Below are positions 13,455 to 26,469 of a stretch of 61,194 nt of DNA, one piece after another (within the stretch, counting starts at the first letter, position 1; every line of letters begins with the position of its first letter). The notes below the pieces were generated by a model that was given only the letters and a program-made list of their open reading frames with translations, did not search any database and was not told where the DNA came from. Location: the NCBI RefSeq assembly GCF_006345805.1, contig NW_021832394.1:1-61194 (forward strand), written 5' to 3'. The position numbers and the translations under genes were made by a program. Source of the stretch: Octopus sinensis (taxonomy: Eukaryota).

Positions 13455-13628
13455 ATATATATATTGTCAGTTCACCCTGCCGTCGGTAAAAATATGGACT
13501 ACGAAGTCATGTGAAGCAGTCACTTGTGATAAACTGGCGTCAAATTGAAAGAGAATTTACGTCGCACCTATTATATGGTGTTTCTTGACAGAACATTATA
13601 TTACACATTATCCCCCTTCAATGATCTG

Positions 13629-13670
<42 letters not shown>

Positions 13671-14380
13671 CAATCACCCTAGTAATGTCACCGCTGACAG
13701 AATGTTGTCCTAATCAGAGAGCAATTGGTCTTTCTTTCTCTACCTTCTCCATGGTGTGTTTCTCCACGGGGAACATTTTAAACTAACTGCATAAATTCAC
13801 ATTGCTATTAATCTAACAACCAACGCAAGTATACATACATTCCTGCATACTTACATACATATATAAACATACATATGCATATATGGTGTATACAAGCACA
13901 CACACACATACGTATAGATGCATGTTAAATTACGATAAATGTAAACAAACAATATTTGCTTTTAGAAGCGTTGAGAGGTCTTGTAAGATTCAAATAAAGA
14001 AATAATTATTCTCAATCACAGAAATGCTGATAGAACAGCAGGAATCGGATAAAATATCCATTGTACGGAAACTGAGGATAGTCCTCAAAGTAAGAAAAGT
14101 TTGGTATATAAAAGTGCAACCATAGGGAAAACAATACATGGGCGCCAAAGAGTTACATCTTTAGAGGCAGGTGCATTCCGTGCACACACATGCGTGCGCG
14201 CCAGAATACACACCCACCCACCCACACATCCACCCACCCACACACCCACACCATGATCTAAGTGAAAGACACGCAGTATAAAAACATCTGGGAGGTAGTG
14301 TAACTTTTATGTAGAAAATTATAAAATAGTCCATATGCATAATCTATACGCGTAAAGTTTTACTTCTAGCAATAATAATA

Positions 14381-14423
<43 letters not shown>

Positions 14424-14439
14424 TAATAATAATAATAAT

Positions 14440-14745
14440 AAAAGACCTGGAAGAAGAGGTAACCAGAATGTGGAATCTAAAAACAGAAACAATTCCTATC
14501 ATAGTAGGTGCATTAGGCATGATAAAAAAATATTCAGACAAATACATAACAAAAACACCAGGACTTACAAACACATATAACATACAGAAAATTGCACTAC
14601 TAGGCACTGCACACATCCTACGCAGAACACTTTCCATACAATAACCATCAGAGCATCACAACAAATCACAGCACATACCCAAGGCACACAGAGCTGCGCC
14701 CGGTAGTGAAGTGAAAGCACGCTATAAAAAATAAAACTACTGAAT
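14440..14745 (+). mobile_element. RLE-type LINE (Dong/R4-like), 3' fragment, subfamily 1
   Basis: KDLEEEVTRMW...IPIIVGALG...QKIALLGTAHILRRTLS*, then 3' UTR. Flanked by (TAA)n on both sides. Confidence 0.85.
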
Positions 14746-14746
14746 G

Positions 14747-14808
<62 letters not shown>

Positions 14809-15805
14809 TAATAAATGGCAAGAAAAACCTCTCTATGGCAAATACCCAAAGAGAGCGAATAATGCAGATATCGACAAAGCCCTGACCCATCAATGGCTAA
14901 TGGCCTCTGGCTTAAAATCTGAAACAGAGGGGTTTATCATAGCAGCTCAAGATCAATGCCTACCAACAAGAAACTACCAGGCCAACATATTAAAGATCAG
15001 AAGCAGTCCAACGTGTCGTGTATGCAAGCAACAAAATGAAACCATTGACCATGTGGTCTCCAAGTGCAGTCTTCTAGCGCCTACAGAGTATCTCAACAGG
15101 CACGATAGAGCTGCACAATATATTCACTGGGTAATCTGTAAAAACCTGGATTTGCCCCATGAAAAAAATTGGTGGGAACACAAACCACCCCCAGTGCTTG
15201 AAAATGACCACATCTCACTCCTCTGGAACTTCACCATTCAAACTGACAGGAAGATAGATGCAAATCGCCAGACATCATATTGAAAGACTTCAAACAAAGA
15301 ACATGCCTCCTCATTGATATGACTGTCCCAATCGATATAAACGTATCTGTCAGGACCTACCAAAAACTGAGCAAATATAAAGATCTTGAAATAGAAATCA
15401 GCAAAATGTGCAAGCTGAAGACTAAAACAATACCTGTTGTCATAGGTGCCATGGGAATGATAGCAAAAGGGGCTGATAGCTACCTAACTCAGATACCAGG
15501 AAACCCAAAAATGGCAGAAGTTCAAAAGATAGTGCTCATGGGAACTGCTCATATCCTACGCAAAATACTCTCTATGTAACCTCAAGGTTTAAAACAACCA
15601 TAATTTTCGGTTTAAAAAAAAAAAAAAAAAAAAAAAAACATCTTTTTTTTTTTAGACATTCATTAGTACAACATCCCCACCCCCCAAATATATGGCACAC
15701 TAGGCATAACAACAACATGAACTTCCAACCCTGTTGTCTCTTGAGGTCTCTGGGTGAGACTTGGAGCCAACTTGTACAAATATAAAGCAAAAGTCAAACA
15801 TAGAA
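14809..15805 (+). mobile_element. RLE-type LINE (Dong/R4-like), 3' ~1 kb, subfamily 2, frameshifted
   Basis: ETEGFIIAAQDQ, CCHC knuckle CRVC...HVVSKC, RHD, then IDMTVP...KLSKYKDL and LMGTAHILRKILS*. Flanked by (TAA)n. Confidence 0.9.
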
Positions 15806-16254
15806 TAATAATAATAATAATGAAGATGATGATGATGCAATTAAAATAATGGTTCGTAATAATGGCAGAAGGAAAACAGCCTCACTAAAGTCATCAAAGA
15901 AAATCTAAAATGAATGATAAGCGAACAGGAATTCAGTTGAAAGAAATCTTGCAATACAATGTACCATTCTGTAACATTCTTAGTGAAGCAAAAGTTTGAA
16001 GTGTATTTAAGATTGGTAAAGCATAGAGTGATGGGTGGGAAAATTGGATTACCTGAAAAGGCGTTTATAACAGTCGCAGCATTATTTATGCATTCGAAAG
16101 TTTTAGAAACAGTATTATTCAACCATTAAAAGTACATCATTTAGGGTATTTCGGATAAAGAAAGAAGAGAGTTAGGTGAAAGAAATGAAGTTTTCTAGGG
16201 CAATAAAGTACAATTTTTCACAATATGTTACTTGAAATGCGAATGAAAACACCA

Positions 16255-16280
<26 letters not shown>

Positions 16281-16285
<5 letters not shown>

Positions 16286-16488
16286 GTTAATCCAAACAAG
16301 AAAGCACAAAAAAACACAACAATGCGAGGACGTGGAACAAATATAGTATTATTGGACGCTCAGGAAAGAAGGAAAGAAGGAGGGTTTAACGTTTCGAGCG
16401 GAGCTCTTCGTCGGAAACATAGGAGAAGGAAAGATCCAGAGAAGGGAAGACAGAGGAAAAATATTGCCAACGGTACACACGAGGTCAC

Positions 16489-16490
<2 letters not shown>
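16281..16490 (-). mobile_element. Short non-autonomous PLE-like element in (ATGT)n with a hammerhead fold
   Basis: About 210 bp splitting an (ATGT)n array; contains 16384-16418. Confidence 0.6.
16384..16418 (-). ncRNA. Minimal type-I hammerhead-like motif (U4C in this copy)
   Basis: GTTT CCGACGA A GAGC-TCC-GCTC GAAA CG TT AAAC. Confidence 0.65.
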
Positions 16491-16519
<29 letters not shown>

Positions 16520-16525
16520 TGTATG

Positions 16526-16556
<31 letters not shown>

Positions 16557-16709
16557 GCGTGTGTGCATGTGTGTGTGTGTGTTTGCGTGAGAGAGAGAGA
16601 GAGAGAGTGCATGTGTGTGCGCGCGTGTGTACCAAAAAACAGAGGCACTGTATTTATTGCGGGATGCTGATGAGATGGATTGCCGGGTTGCCCAATATAT
16701 CTACAACCG

Positions 16710-17251
16710 TTATGTAATTATTGCGATACTTTTGCAACAAGGAAAAACGGTAACAGCAACATCGTATTGCCAGGAAATTCATTGTATAAGAATTTGAAAA
16801 AGAAGCCACTCAGACTATTGAATAGAGATGGCCTAATTTTGCTCCACGACATATGCACTTACCTACACTCCTCAAACTACTGTCCAAAAGTTGCAAAGCC
16901 TGAATTATGAGATTCTGCAACATCCTCCCTACTCCACTGATATCTCTCATACTAATAAAAAATCATGATATCTCTCCTACTGATCATCACTTATTTAAGC
17001 ATTTTGAGCTTTGCATAAGCAATAAACCATTCTTAAATAGAGAAGAGGTAATTGAAGCATTCGGACAGTTTATCACAACAAAAGATGAATGTTTTTTTAA
17101 AAGATGGAATATATGACGTAGAGAAACGATGGGTGAACGTCATAAATGAACATCGATCATACTTTGATTAAATAAATCAGTTCTCTAACACTTCTGAAAC
17201 ATTTTACTGTTTTTAATCTTTTAAATACCTTTCATATGAAACAACCTACTA
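16710..17251 (+). mobile_element. Mariner transposase 3' relic with probable right TIR
   Basis: LLQQGKTVTATSYC, LILLHD, HPPYS.DISPTDHHLF motifs across frames. Ends TTTCATATGAAACAACCTACTA before (TA)n. Confidence 0.8.
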
Positions 17252-17260
17252 TATATATAT

Positions 17261-17310
<50 letters not shown>

Positions 17311-17396
17311 ATAAATATATACACGTACGCACACACACACACACACACATATATATATGCGTATGTTTATATATATATATAATAATAATGATAATA

Positions 17397-17448
<52 letters not shown>

Positions 17449-17532
17449 CATTAGGGAATATGATTCCAAACTTACAAGGAAAAATTCAATTTAGTAATAC
17501 TAAATCAAATTTCACAATATATGATATATGTA

Positions 17533-17593
17533 TATAAATTAGAGAAGAACCACCATGTAGCAATTCAACATGGTGGTTCTTCTCTAATTTATA
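17533..17593. other. Perfect 26-bp inverted repeat with a 9-nt loop
   Basis: TATAAATTAGAGAAGAACCACCATGT / ACATGGTGGTTCTTCTCTAATTTATA. Confidence 0.9.
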
Positions 17594-17618
17594 ATCATAC
17601 ATACATACATACATACAT

Positions 17619-17721
<103 letters not shown>

Positions 17722-18054
17722 ATATATATTTATATATATATGCGCATTTGTGTCTATATGCTTATGTTTGTTCTCAACTAACCGGAATCTGTTGATTTGT
17801 TCAACTGAAACCATTGAACGCAGTGTCCCACCATTGATACAAGATACAAGTGTCATTCCGGTGACTGTTATTAAAAATGCTGTTATTTCTGTTGGTAAAA
17901 TACTGTTCGTATCTTGAGTACAGAAAGATTGCTGTTGAAAATTATGCGGCAGTTTTTGAAGGAAATATTAAGAAAATTGGATTCTTACGATGCAAAAAAG
18001 ATGATTAAATTATTTTTATTAGAATAATCATTTGGATATAAATAAATATCTTCG

Positions 18055-18432
18055 GTATCTTTTACTTGGTTCAGTCGATGACCTGCGGAGCAGCGACGTA
18101 AAAAGTTTAGTTGAACAAATCTACTCCATTACTTTACATATTGTTTGAAATGAGATACCTATTCTATCGGTCACTATTGCCGAACATCTAGACTACAGGG
18201 AGTGGGACGGTACAAAGTCACAATGGCACACATGCATCTAGATACACATGCACACATACACACATATATATGATTAGCTTCGACATAGTTTCCCCTCTAT
18301 CAAATTTCCTCTGAATCTACTGTTCAGCCCGGGGCTATAGTAGAAAGTACTTATTCAAGATGCAGCACATTTTAAAAGAACCCTAAACCATAGGGGTTGC
18401 AAATCGAGCTTCTTAACTACACAGCTATGCTT
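18055..18432 (-). mobile_element. SINE family A, old diverged copy
   Basis: TTTTACTTGGTTCAGTC...TATTCTATCGGT...GGCTATAGTAGAA is colinear with 1250-1647. Confidence 0.7.
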
Positions 18433-19169
18433 GATGTTCTCACATGGAGATTCTGTAACGATAGGAAGAATGAAAGCAATCGCCACTCGAACGAAACATG
18501 TTGCTGTTCTAAAGAGCAACACTGCTTCCAACATCGTAAAGATTTAGTAATGAAAGATGTTTGGAATATGATTCCAGAATTCCAGAAATGAAAAATGTTG
18601 AAATTTAACCCAAGCTTATAACGACAATTTATTATTTATATTAGCGACAAAGGAAATATTAATACCGAAAGGTAATATTAATTCCCCCGTAAACGCATAT
18701 AAATCCCCTGCCAACTTCAGCACCTTGGGGATTTTTCTCCCCGCTGGCGACATAAATAAACAAGCTCGCATTCTGTACCAGGAACCCATATGAGAATTTC
18801 TCTCAAGGCATCTACCCCTGTAAAGTTTGTTCAAACAGAACATTCACGTTTAAATGGGAATAAATTTATTGTCATCAGTTTGGGAAGAAGAAATGCGAAG
18901 AATGGGTCAAAGTTATGGATTGTGGTTAGTGCTTTGTGCTCATGACCGAAAGATCGTATTTTTGATTCGCGGACCTAACGGTGCGTTCTACTATTGAGCA
19001 AGACACTTCGTTTGAACTGTAAATAAGTTCTAGCAATAACTAGGAAGTTGACATTGCGATGGACCAGCACCCCATTCAGAGGAAGTGTTGTAATTTCAGT
19101 CACTTATACACCATGAAAACTGGATAAATTTCCGGCTTTATGAGTTCTGTAGCTTATGTGTGTGTGTGC

Positions 19170-20125
19170 TTTTAAAGGTTTACGTTGGTTATCAATACAT
19201 CAAGCTTTCAAGATATAAAACCTTTCTGAATTACTTTGAAATTGAATAAAATGGAAATAATGATCCAATCGCCGAATACCGCAAAGGAAAAAAACTTTCT
19301 GACGATTCTTAATGTATAGTAATTTTCACAATAAATGACTCTTTTGATAATTTAGCCGAGCAATGCATAAACTAACCAAATATATAGAAAGAACGAAACA
19401 CTTTAAGCTCCCATTGAATGTTTACTTCTATTGAAAGGGGAAAAACATTGCAAGATAAAACAATTGATTGAAAAAAAAGGACAAACTCTCTTCTGGATTA
19501 GTACAAGTGAAAATATCAGCATCTCGGACAGAAGAAGAAGGCTTTGTGATAAAGGACCTTTTAACATTTGTTTCCTTTTTATGTGAATATTAGCAGAAAC
19601 GATTTCCTTCAAATGTGCTTGCAGGGTGGCCTGCATTTGATTTTTGTTTCTTTTGTATCAAAAGAAATCTCCTATGATTTTTAAGCATCGAGGGTGCAAT
19701 AAATATAGTCGAAAAACACAAAGAGATCGTGATTTCTGATGAGAATAAAAAAAAAGCCTTCCTGAGCTTAATGTCAGCTAATACATTGATTTCAAATATT
19801 TAATAGATGAAAAATATTAACACAAATCGTTGAAAATATTTGAAGATATAATGGCCTACGTTATGAAAAGTGCTAACCATTTTAAGGTCATCTAGCAGAT
19901 TTTTGATATACGTGCAACTTTTCCAGTGTCAAGTGCTGATTGTGAACGCGGATTTTAATTTGATGGATTGAAGCAAATGAAAATCGAGAAACAGATTGTT
20001 AAGAGAGTCATCTTGTTCTGCTTATGCGCATCAAATCCTGCAGACGAAGTAGAAAGGAAACAAACATTGAAAATTTACACAAAAACTAGAAAAAATGCAA
20101 TGTGTAGGAAAGAAAAAAACTAACC
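19170..20125 (+). mobile_element. hAT (ZNF862-like) transposase relic, C-terminal dimerisation domain
   Basis: About 19905-20040 translates as ATFPVSSADCERGF...SRNRL...HLVLLMRIKS with many stops. Boundaries approximate. Confidence 0.65.
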
Positions 20126-20657
20126 TTCCTGGCAGTCGAATGCTAACACAGGGTTTGACAGACTATTTTCTATTTTGATATTTAACTTAACCTTTTGTAA
20201 ACAAAGAGCAAAGGAAATTACTTATTTTTTGTTTTAAGTAAAAGTGAATATGTTCTTTCCATGAGAATTTTTATGTCAAATACAAAACATAAATATGTTA
20301 AGCAATCGTTTATCTCAGCCTAATATACTTATAATGTATTTAGGAAAGAACAAATATAGTATTAAGTAATAATGAATTAATGATAAAGAAGAACCAATAC
20401 AACGAAGAAAAGATTACTTTTACAATAATACATTTATTAATACAGACTACTTGACCTTTTGTTTCGTAAAGTTTAGGCATAAATCAATTCTCGCCTCAAA
20501 ACTAAAAATATTTTCTGCACACTTCACGTTTACAGTTGCTCACTGTCTTGCAAAAACCATCACAAAAATTAGGGGGAAAAATTGATCCGAACCTAAAGGT
20601 TTTCTACATTTAACTTTATGGCTCACTGTACTCATCAGCGTAAGTCTGGATATGCAA

Positions 20658-20925
20658 TCTTTCTTTCTTTCTTTCTTTTTTGCTTTCTTCATTTCTTCAT
20701 TTCTTTCTTAATTTCTTTCTTTCTTTCTTTCTGTCTTTCTTTCTTTCTGTTTTTCTTTCTTTCTCTCTCTCTCTCTCTCCCTTTCTTTCTTTCTTTCTTT
20801 CTTTCTGTCTTCCTTTCTTTCTTCCTTTCTTTCTTCATTTCTTTCTTTCTTTCTTTCTTCCTTTCTTTCTGCCTTTCTTTCTTCCTTTCTTTCTTTCTTC
20901 CTTTCTTCCTTTTTTCTTCCTTTTT

Positions 20926-20984
<59 letters not shown>

Positions 20985-20993
20985 CTCTCTCTC
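20658..20993. repeat. (TTTC)n polypyrimidine microsatellite
   Basis: Direct reading. Confidence 0.95.
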
Positions 20994-21358
20994 ACATACA
21001 TATACACACATTCATTTCAAATAGGTGGTGAGGTATTGAATGAAGCACGTTAAAATATTTAATGAGTTATAATCAGCTAAAGAATAGCGGTTAATTGTCG
21101 TTAAAGACGATTAAATACTTTCAAGATCTATATAGTAGTTATTTCATAGAATATATTTTACAATATTTGTACGTACGTATTTTATCTTAATTAACTGGAT
21201 TCTTTGGATAAAGTGAAAATTAGTTGCTAATAATAAATAAAGCTCCACTGTTGGAACTTGACTATCAACAGTATTAACTGTTACATACTGAACTTCAGAA
21301 AAACATTGCATATTTTTACTGTTCCACTTATAGGCAGTATTTATATAGAGTCTGATAG

Positions 21359-21473
<115 letters not shown>

Positions 21474-21700
21474 GACCTTTTGAGCGGGATGGGTTACTCG
21501 AACTGAAGAAAATTCTAACTGGACCCCTCCTGCAAGGTCATGTGCTGTTTATCTTGATATGAGATCACCATGTCGCGCACATATGGTTGTGATGCATGCG
21601 TCTGGTGTACCCTTATCAGACGGGTGGTCATGATGGGTATACTGGGCTTCGTATATTTTACCCCAGTGTCACTTTGATGGCATGCACTGCTCTCTCACTC
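21474..21700 (+). mobile_element. Element E, 5'-truncated copy in (TAA)n
   Basis: Reverse complement of about 2861-3077; (TAA)n on both sides. Confidence 0.85.
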
Positions 21701-21725
21701 AATAATAATAATAATAATAATAATG

Positions 21726-21772
<47 letters not shown>

Positions 21773-21795
21773 TATAATAATATTAATAATAATAA

Positions 21796-23300
21796 TGAAG
21801 TTTAGACAAAGATTTTACTACCGGACGAAGGGTTGCGCCATGGGGGCACCCATGGCAGTTCATTTCGGTAATGTCTTCATGACGAAATTCGAGACACAGT
21901 TACTGAAGACATTCAAATCCCTTAATGGTCAAGAACCAATACTCTGGTATTGAAGACGTATTTTTTGTTTGGGAAGGATCACAAGATAGTTTAATGGATT
22001 TCTTGCACTTCTGTGACTGTTATGCTAGAAACTATGGCTTTAAGTCCAACATAAAATTTACGTCTAGTTTTTCAAAAACTAGTGTTGAATTTTTGGATAC
22101 AAAAATCAAGTTTTCTGGAGGCACAATAGCGACAGTTATTTTGCAAACCCACGTCATTCCACATTTATCTCCACGGCCGCACCGATCATCTTATTCGGTC
22201 AAATCCGAAATCCCAATTTTTGAGGATAAAACATATTTGTAGTGACATAGGGGACTACTGGAAACATGCAAATGCTTTTGTATATCATTATGTCAAACGT
22301 GGTTACAGTGAATCACGATTAAAGGAAATAGCAAATGAAAAGATTAGCAAAGATAGTCAAAGCTTCACGCGTAATTTTAGCAAACACAATACAATAGATG
22401 ACAGAATTCCTTTAGTGATTAACTGGCACCAACATTTCGCTGACATTTTAAAAGTTTTGCATGAAAGTTACCAGCAAGTGGCGAAAATATATGCTCGTTT
22501 CAAACAGATATTTCCTCAACCGCCTATTGTAGCCTTTAGACGAGATAAAAATATAAGAGAATTATTGACCTCTACATCTGACTCCAAGAAAACGAACATT
22601 GGAGTATCTGCACACTGTACCTTAAAGAATAGCCGCAAGAGAGGTAATCCCTGTTCATTGTGCAACAACATGAGTGAAGTGAATTCCATCAGAAATCATA
22701 ACAGAAATGTTATGATTTATACAGAAGGTGGAACGTGTAAAGATTCCCATTTAGTGTACGCTGCAGAGACGTCAGGCACAATAACAGTAGTTCGACAGAA
22801 CTTGCTAAACATTTCGTTTCAAGCGGCTTCAATTTTGAAGAAGACTTGAAAGTGCATGTTCTCAGAAAATATTCTGAATCTACTTCAATTTTACTTCCCA
22901 GAATGTATGAGAAGAAATATGTTTGCGGGTTATTAACATCACGCCCTGGAGGAATAAATAAGATGACAGGAGAATATCCTCAAATTTATGCAAAACTGTT
23001 TGATTAAATATTCTTCTTTCCCTCTATTCCTTTCCTTTTTTCTGTCGTTTTCTTTTCGCTTGTTATAAAATTGTTACTTAAAAACTGATGATGTGATTCC
23101 ATAAACATGTGGACGCTGGTTGCCCTCGTTCATACTTTACGTTTAAATTTCTATAATTTTGAATTTTTATCACTTCTTATTTTGAACTTGACAAAGACAG
23201 ACTTACTGTTGAAATATCGTTCAACTAATAAAATAACTTACAATCGAATCGCGTTCTTCGTCTTGACTGTTTACCTTTGTGAAGAGTTACGTCAATCCTT

Positions 23301-23301
<1 letters not shown>
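21796..23301 (+). mobile_element. Penelope-like element, 5'-truncated and frameshifted (RT, thumb, partial GIY-YIG region, 3' pseudo-LTR)
   Basis: GCAMGAPMAVHFGNVFM, IEDVFFVW (YxDD region), NIKFT, VEFLD, RGYS, PPIVAFRRDKNIRELL, CSLC...C...LVY, terminal PGGINKM. Flanked by (TAA)n. Confidence 0.9.
23182..23224 (+). ncRNA. Minimal type-I hammerhead ribozyme, U3-A8 variant, in the PLE 3' region
   Basis: TTGAAC TTGACAA A GACAG-ACTTA-CTGTT GAAA TA TC GTTCAA, followed by AATAAA. Confidence 0.8.
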
Positions 23302-23358
<57 letters not shown>

Positions 23359-23360
23359 TA

Positions 23361-23535
23361 ACATTGAAAAATACCTTGGGAATGAGAAACCAGTTTCGAA
23401 ATTTCCCCAAGACACCTGATGAAGCTGGAGGGTATATCAGCCGAAACGTTGTGTTAACAACAAACAAGATGATGACAAATATCCGTCAAATGTAAATAAT
23501 GTACATAATTCCTCATCTCTTAAATATAGAACTAT
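23361..23535 (+). mobile_element. Short hammerhead-bearing non-autonomous element (copy 1; copy 2 at 56110-56270)
   Basis: Two diverged copies in the window share CGAAATTTCCCCAAGACACCTGATGAAG...CCGTCAAATGTAAATAATGTA. Confidence 0.75.
23411..23455 (+). ncRNA. Minimal type-I hammerhead ribozyme, canonical C3-G8
   Basis: GACAC CTGATGA A GCTG-GAGGGTATAT-CAGC C GAAA CG TT GTGTT. Confidence 0.75.
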
Positions 23536-23570
23536 ATCTCTCTCTTTCTCTCTTTCTATATATATATTTC

Positions 23571-23835
23571 AATTCTTGGTGACGCGTTGTGTCCTTGAGC
23601 AAGACACTTTATTTCACGTTGCTACAGTCCACTCAGCTGACAAAAATGAGTTGTACATGTATTTCAAAGGGCCGGCCTTGTCACACTTTGTGTCACGCTG
23701 AACATCCCTGAGAACTACGTTAAGGTGACACATGTCTGTGGAGTGCTCAGTCACTTGCACGTTAATTTCACGAGCAAGCTGTTCCGTTCATCGTATTAGC
23801 TGGGACTCACGTCGTCGTAACCGATGGAGTGCTCC
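23571..23835 (+). mobile_element. SINE family C, 5'-truncated
   Basis: GTGTCCTTGAGCAAGACACTTTATTTCAC...GTAACCGATGGAGTG. Confidence 0.85.
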
Positions 23836-23838
23836 TTA

Positions 23839-23909
<71 letters not shown>

Positions 23910-23911
<2 letters not shown>

Positions 23912-24069
23912 GACGAGTTTCTTTTAGTTTCATCTACCAAATTCACTTACAAGTCTTTGGTCAGCACCAGGCCATAATTGAAGACAGTTGCCCAAGGTAT
24001 CACGCAGTGGGACTGAACGTGGAACCATGTTGTTGAGAAGCAGGCTTCTTACTACACAGCCATGCCTGT
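23910..24069 (-). mobile_element. SINE family A, 5' half
   Basis: GCCCAAGGTATCACGCAGTGGGACTGAAC...ACACAGCCATGCCTG. Confidence 0.8.
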
Positions 24070-24454
24070 GTAACATCTTCCATAAAATACTTCATAATCA
24101 ACATGAATTTTGGAGTTTTAAGGAGATTCTCAGTCACTTTTGTTTATAAGGTATATCGTAACTATCCTCCGCTGTTGGTTTGCGAAAGCATAAACTTCGG
24201 AATGTAGCGTGATGCCAGAGTCACGAGGCTAAGAGAGGCTAAAATCATTATTGAAAAATTAACATCATCCTCAATATTACGAGAAACGCCCTTGCATAAA
24301 CGCTTTGTAGTAAGCAGAGTATTTATCTCACAGAAGTTTGTTGAGATTTTCTTGTCTAGCGAGTTTGGAGTCGCATGGAAGTAGATGCTGTTTGAGGAAT
24401 TCGTTATCGACGTTCAAGATAATAACTTCATCACTTTTAAGCTCTTATGCAATG

Positions 24455-24671
24455 TACGAGGTGGTGCCGAAAAGTTCCAAGCTTTAAGGGTGTCGTGAAA
24501 TACTTGGTTGGAGGCCGAAATTCATGAGTTGTTTTACAGGGCTTAGAAAACTGATGTCGTCTGCAATAAGAGTGTGAATCTCAGAGGAATACGTTAAATA
24601 AAATCATAATTAATGGATCCTCTTGTATTTTCTTTTACCCAGAGCTAGCAACTTTTCAGTACTCCTTCGTA
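24455..24671. mobile_element. Mariner-type MITE with degenerate TIRs and TA ends
   Basis: Left end TACGAGGTGGTGCCGAAAAGTTCC versus reverse complement of the right end TACGAAGGAGTACTGAAAAGTTGC. Confidence 0.65.
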
Positions 24672-25018
24672 TTTATCTGTTACCGTTGTGTACCAGCTGC
24701 TGTTTGATTGATAATAGACGACGCACAATGGTTATGTGAAGTACTAAGAAACCATTCCACCATTTTTCCATTCTGAGGCAGATTTCTACTAATCTCACAG
24801 TTTCTGTTGAAGCTTCCCGTTGAATTCAGGAACTTTTGGGCTTTAGTGTCCATGGCCTAATCCAAATGTTGGTAACGATACAAGTACCGCTAGTGTATTT
24901 TGGAATATTGTTATAATAAGGAATTTTAAAACTCTGTTATAGAATTTTACTGAAACCTTTTCTTGATACTCATGGGTAAACACTTAATAGGTACTTTCGG
25001 AATATCAAGCCGTTCATG

Positions 25019-25066
<48 letters not shown>

Positions 25067-25339
25067 ATACACTCGTACGCACGCACGCACTCATACACAT
25101 ATACACACACACACACATATATACACACATATATATATATACGCGTGTGTTTAGATGAGTGTATGTTTACGTACGTAAGTATACACACACACAAATAAAT
25201 ATGTATATTCATATACATATATGTATATATGCACATATATATATATATATATATACATACATATAAATATATATATATATACGCACATGCATGTATATAC
25301 ACGCACATGCATGTGTATACAAAAAGTTGTTTTACCTGT

Positions 25340-25718
25340 TACTTTTCTCGGTCATTACTCTATCGTTCTTTTGCCGAACCGCTAAAGTACGAGGATGTAA
25401 GCATACCAACACTGGTTGTCAAACGGTGTAGGCGAGAAACACAGATGCAATTACACACATTCACACACACACGCACGCATACACACGCACACACGCACAC
25501 ACATTCACACACGCACACACACACACGCTCGCACACACACACATACACACACACATGCAGAACTGGCCTCTTTCAGTTTTTGTCTACCAAATCGACTCAA
25601 AAGACCTTGGTCTGCCCAAAATCATAGTAGCAGATTCTTGCCCAAGGTGTCACGCAGCGGAACTGAACCCGGAACCATGTGGTTGGGAAGCAAACTTCTT
25701 ATCTCACGGCCACACCTG
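25340..25718 (-). mobile_element. SINE family A
   Basis: TTTGCCGAACCGCTAAAGTACG...GCCCAAGGTGTCACGCAGCGGAACTGAACCCGG. Confidence 0.85.
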
Positions 25719-26423
25719 TATATGTGTATACATACACACACACATGCATACGTACATACATACATACATACATACATACATACACACACACTCACACACA
25801 CATTCAAATATGAATATGTGACTGTGTATATCTGTCTGTCTCTATATATATGTAAATACACACACACACACACACATATATACATATAAATATGCATATT
25901 TGGAGACATATTTGTAAGTGCGTCTATATATGTGTATTCATGTCTATGTTTTTTCAGTATGTATGTATGTATGTATGTATGTATGTATTTTATTTATTTA
26001 TTTATGTATGTATGTATGTATGAATGTATGCACGTCCATGTGTATTTATGTATTTATGTACATATGTACATATGAATGCATGTATGGATATATATGTGTG
26101 CACGAATATACGTAAGCGTACCTGCGTATGTTCCCACAGTAGACATGTTTTAATCACATGAAAAGCTGTACATCTCTCGATTTGCTCCAAGCAGCATGTC
26201 ACGCACAATGATGCTGCAGTCCTCATGGCGGTGAATTGCATTTTATGTCACGTGACAAACGTGCGTCAGAGGTGCAGTTTTGCACTTGACGTAATTCAGC
26301 TGCAAGCTACACCCTCCCTCCCTCCCAGACTCACCTCATCTTGTACAAACATCTTCCTACTTCCACCGCAACTATTGGCCAACAAAAGCCGCCACCGCCG
26401 CCACCACCACCACCACCACCACC

Positions 26424-26469
<46 letters not shown>

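Noticed and set aside
14744-15579. Active LINE or domesticated endonuclease gene
   Set aside because: 5'-truncated, no RT domain, a frameshift in the PD motif, and the start lies within (TAA)n.
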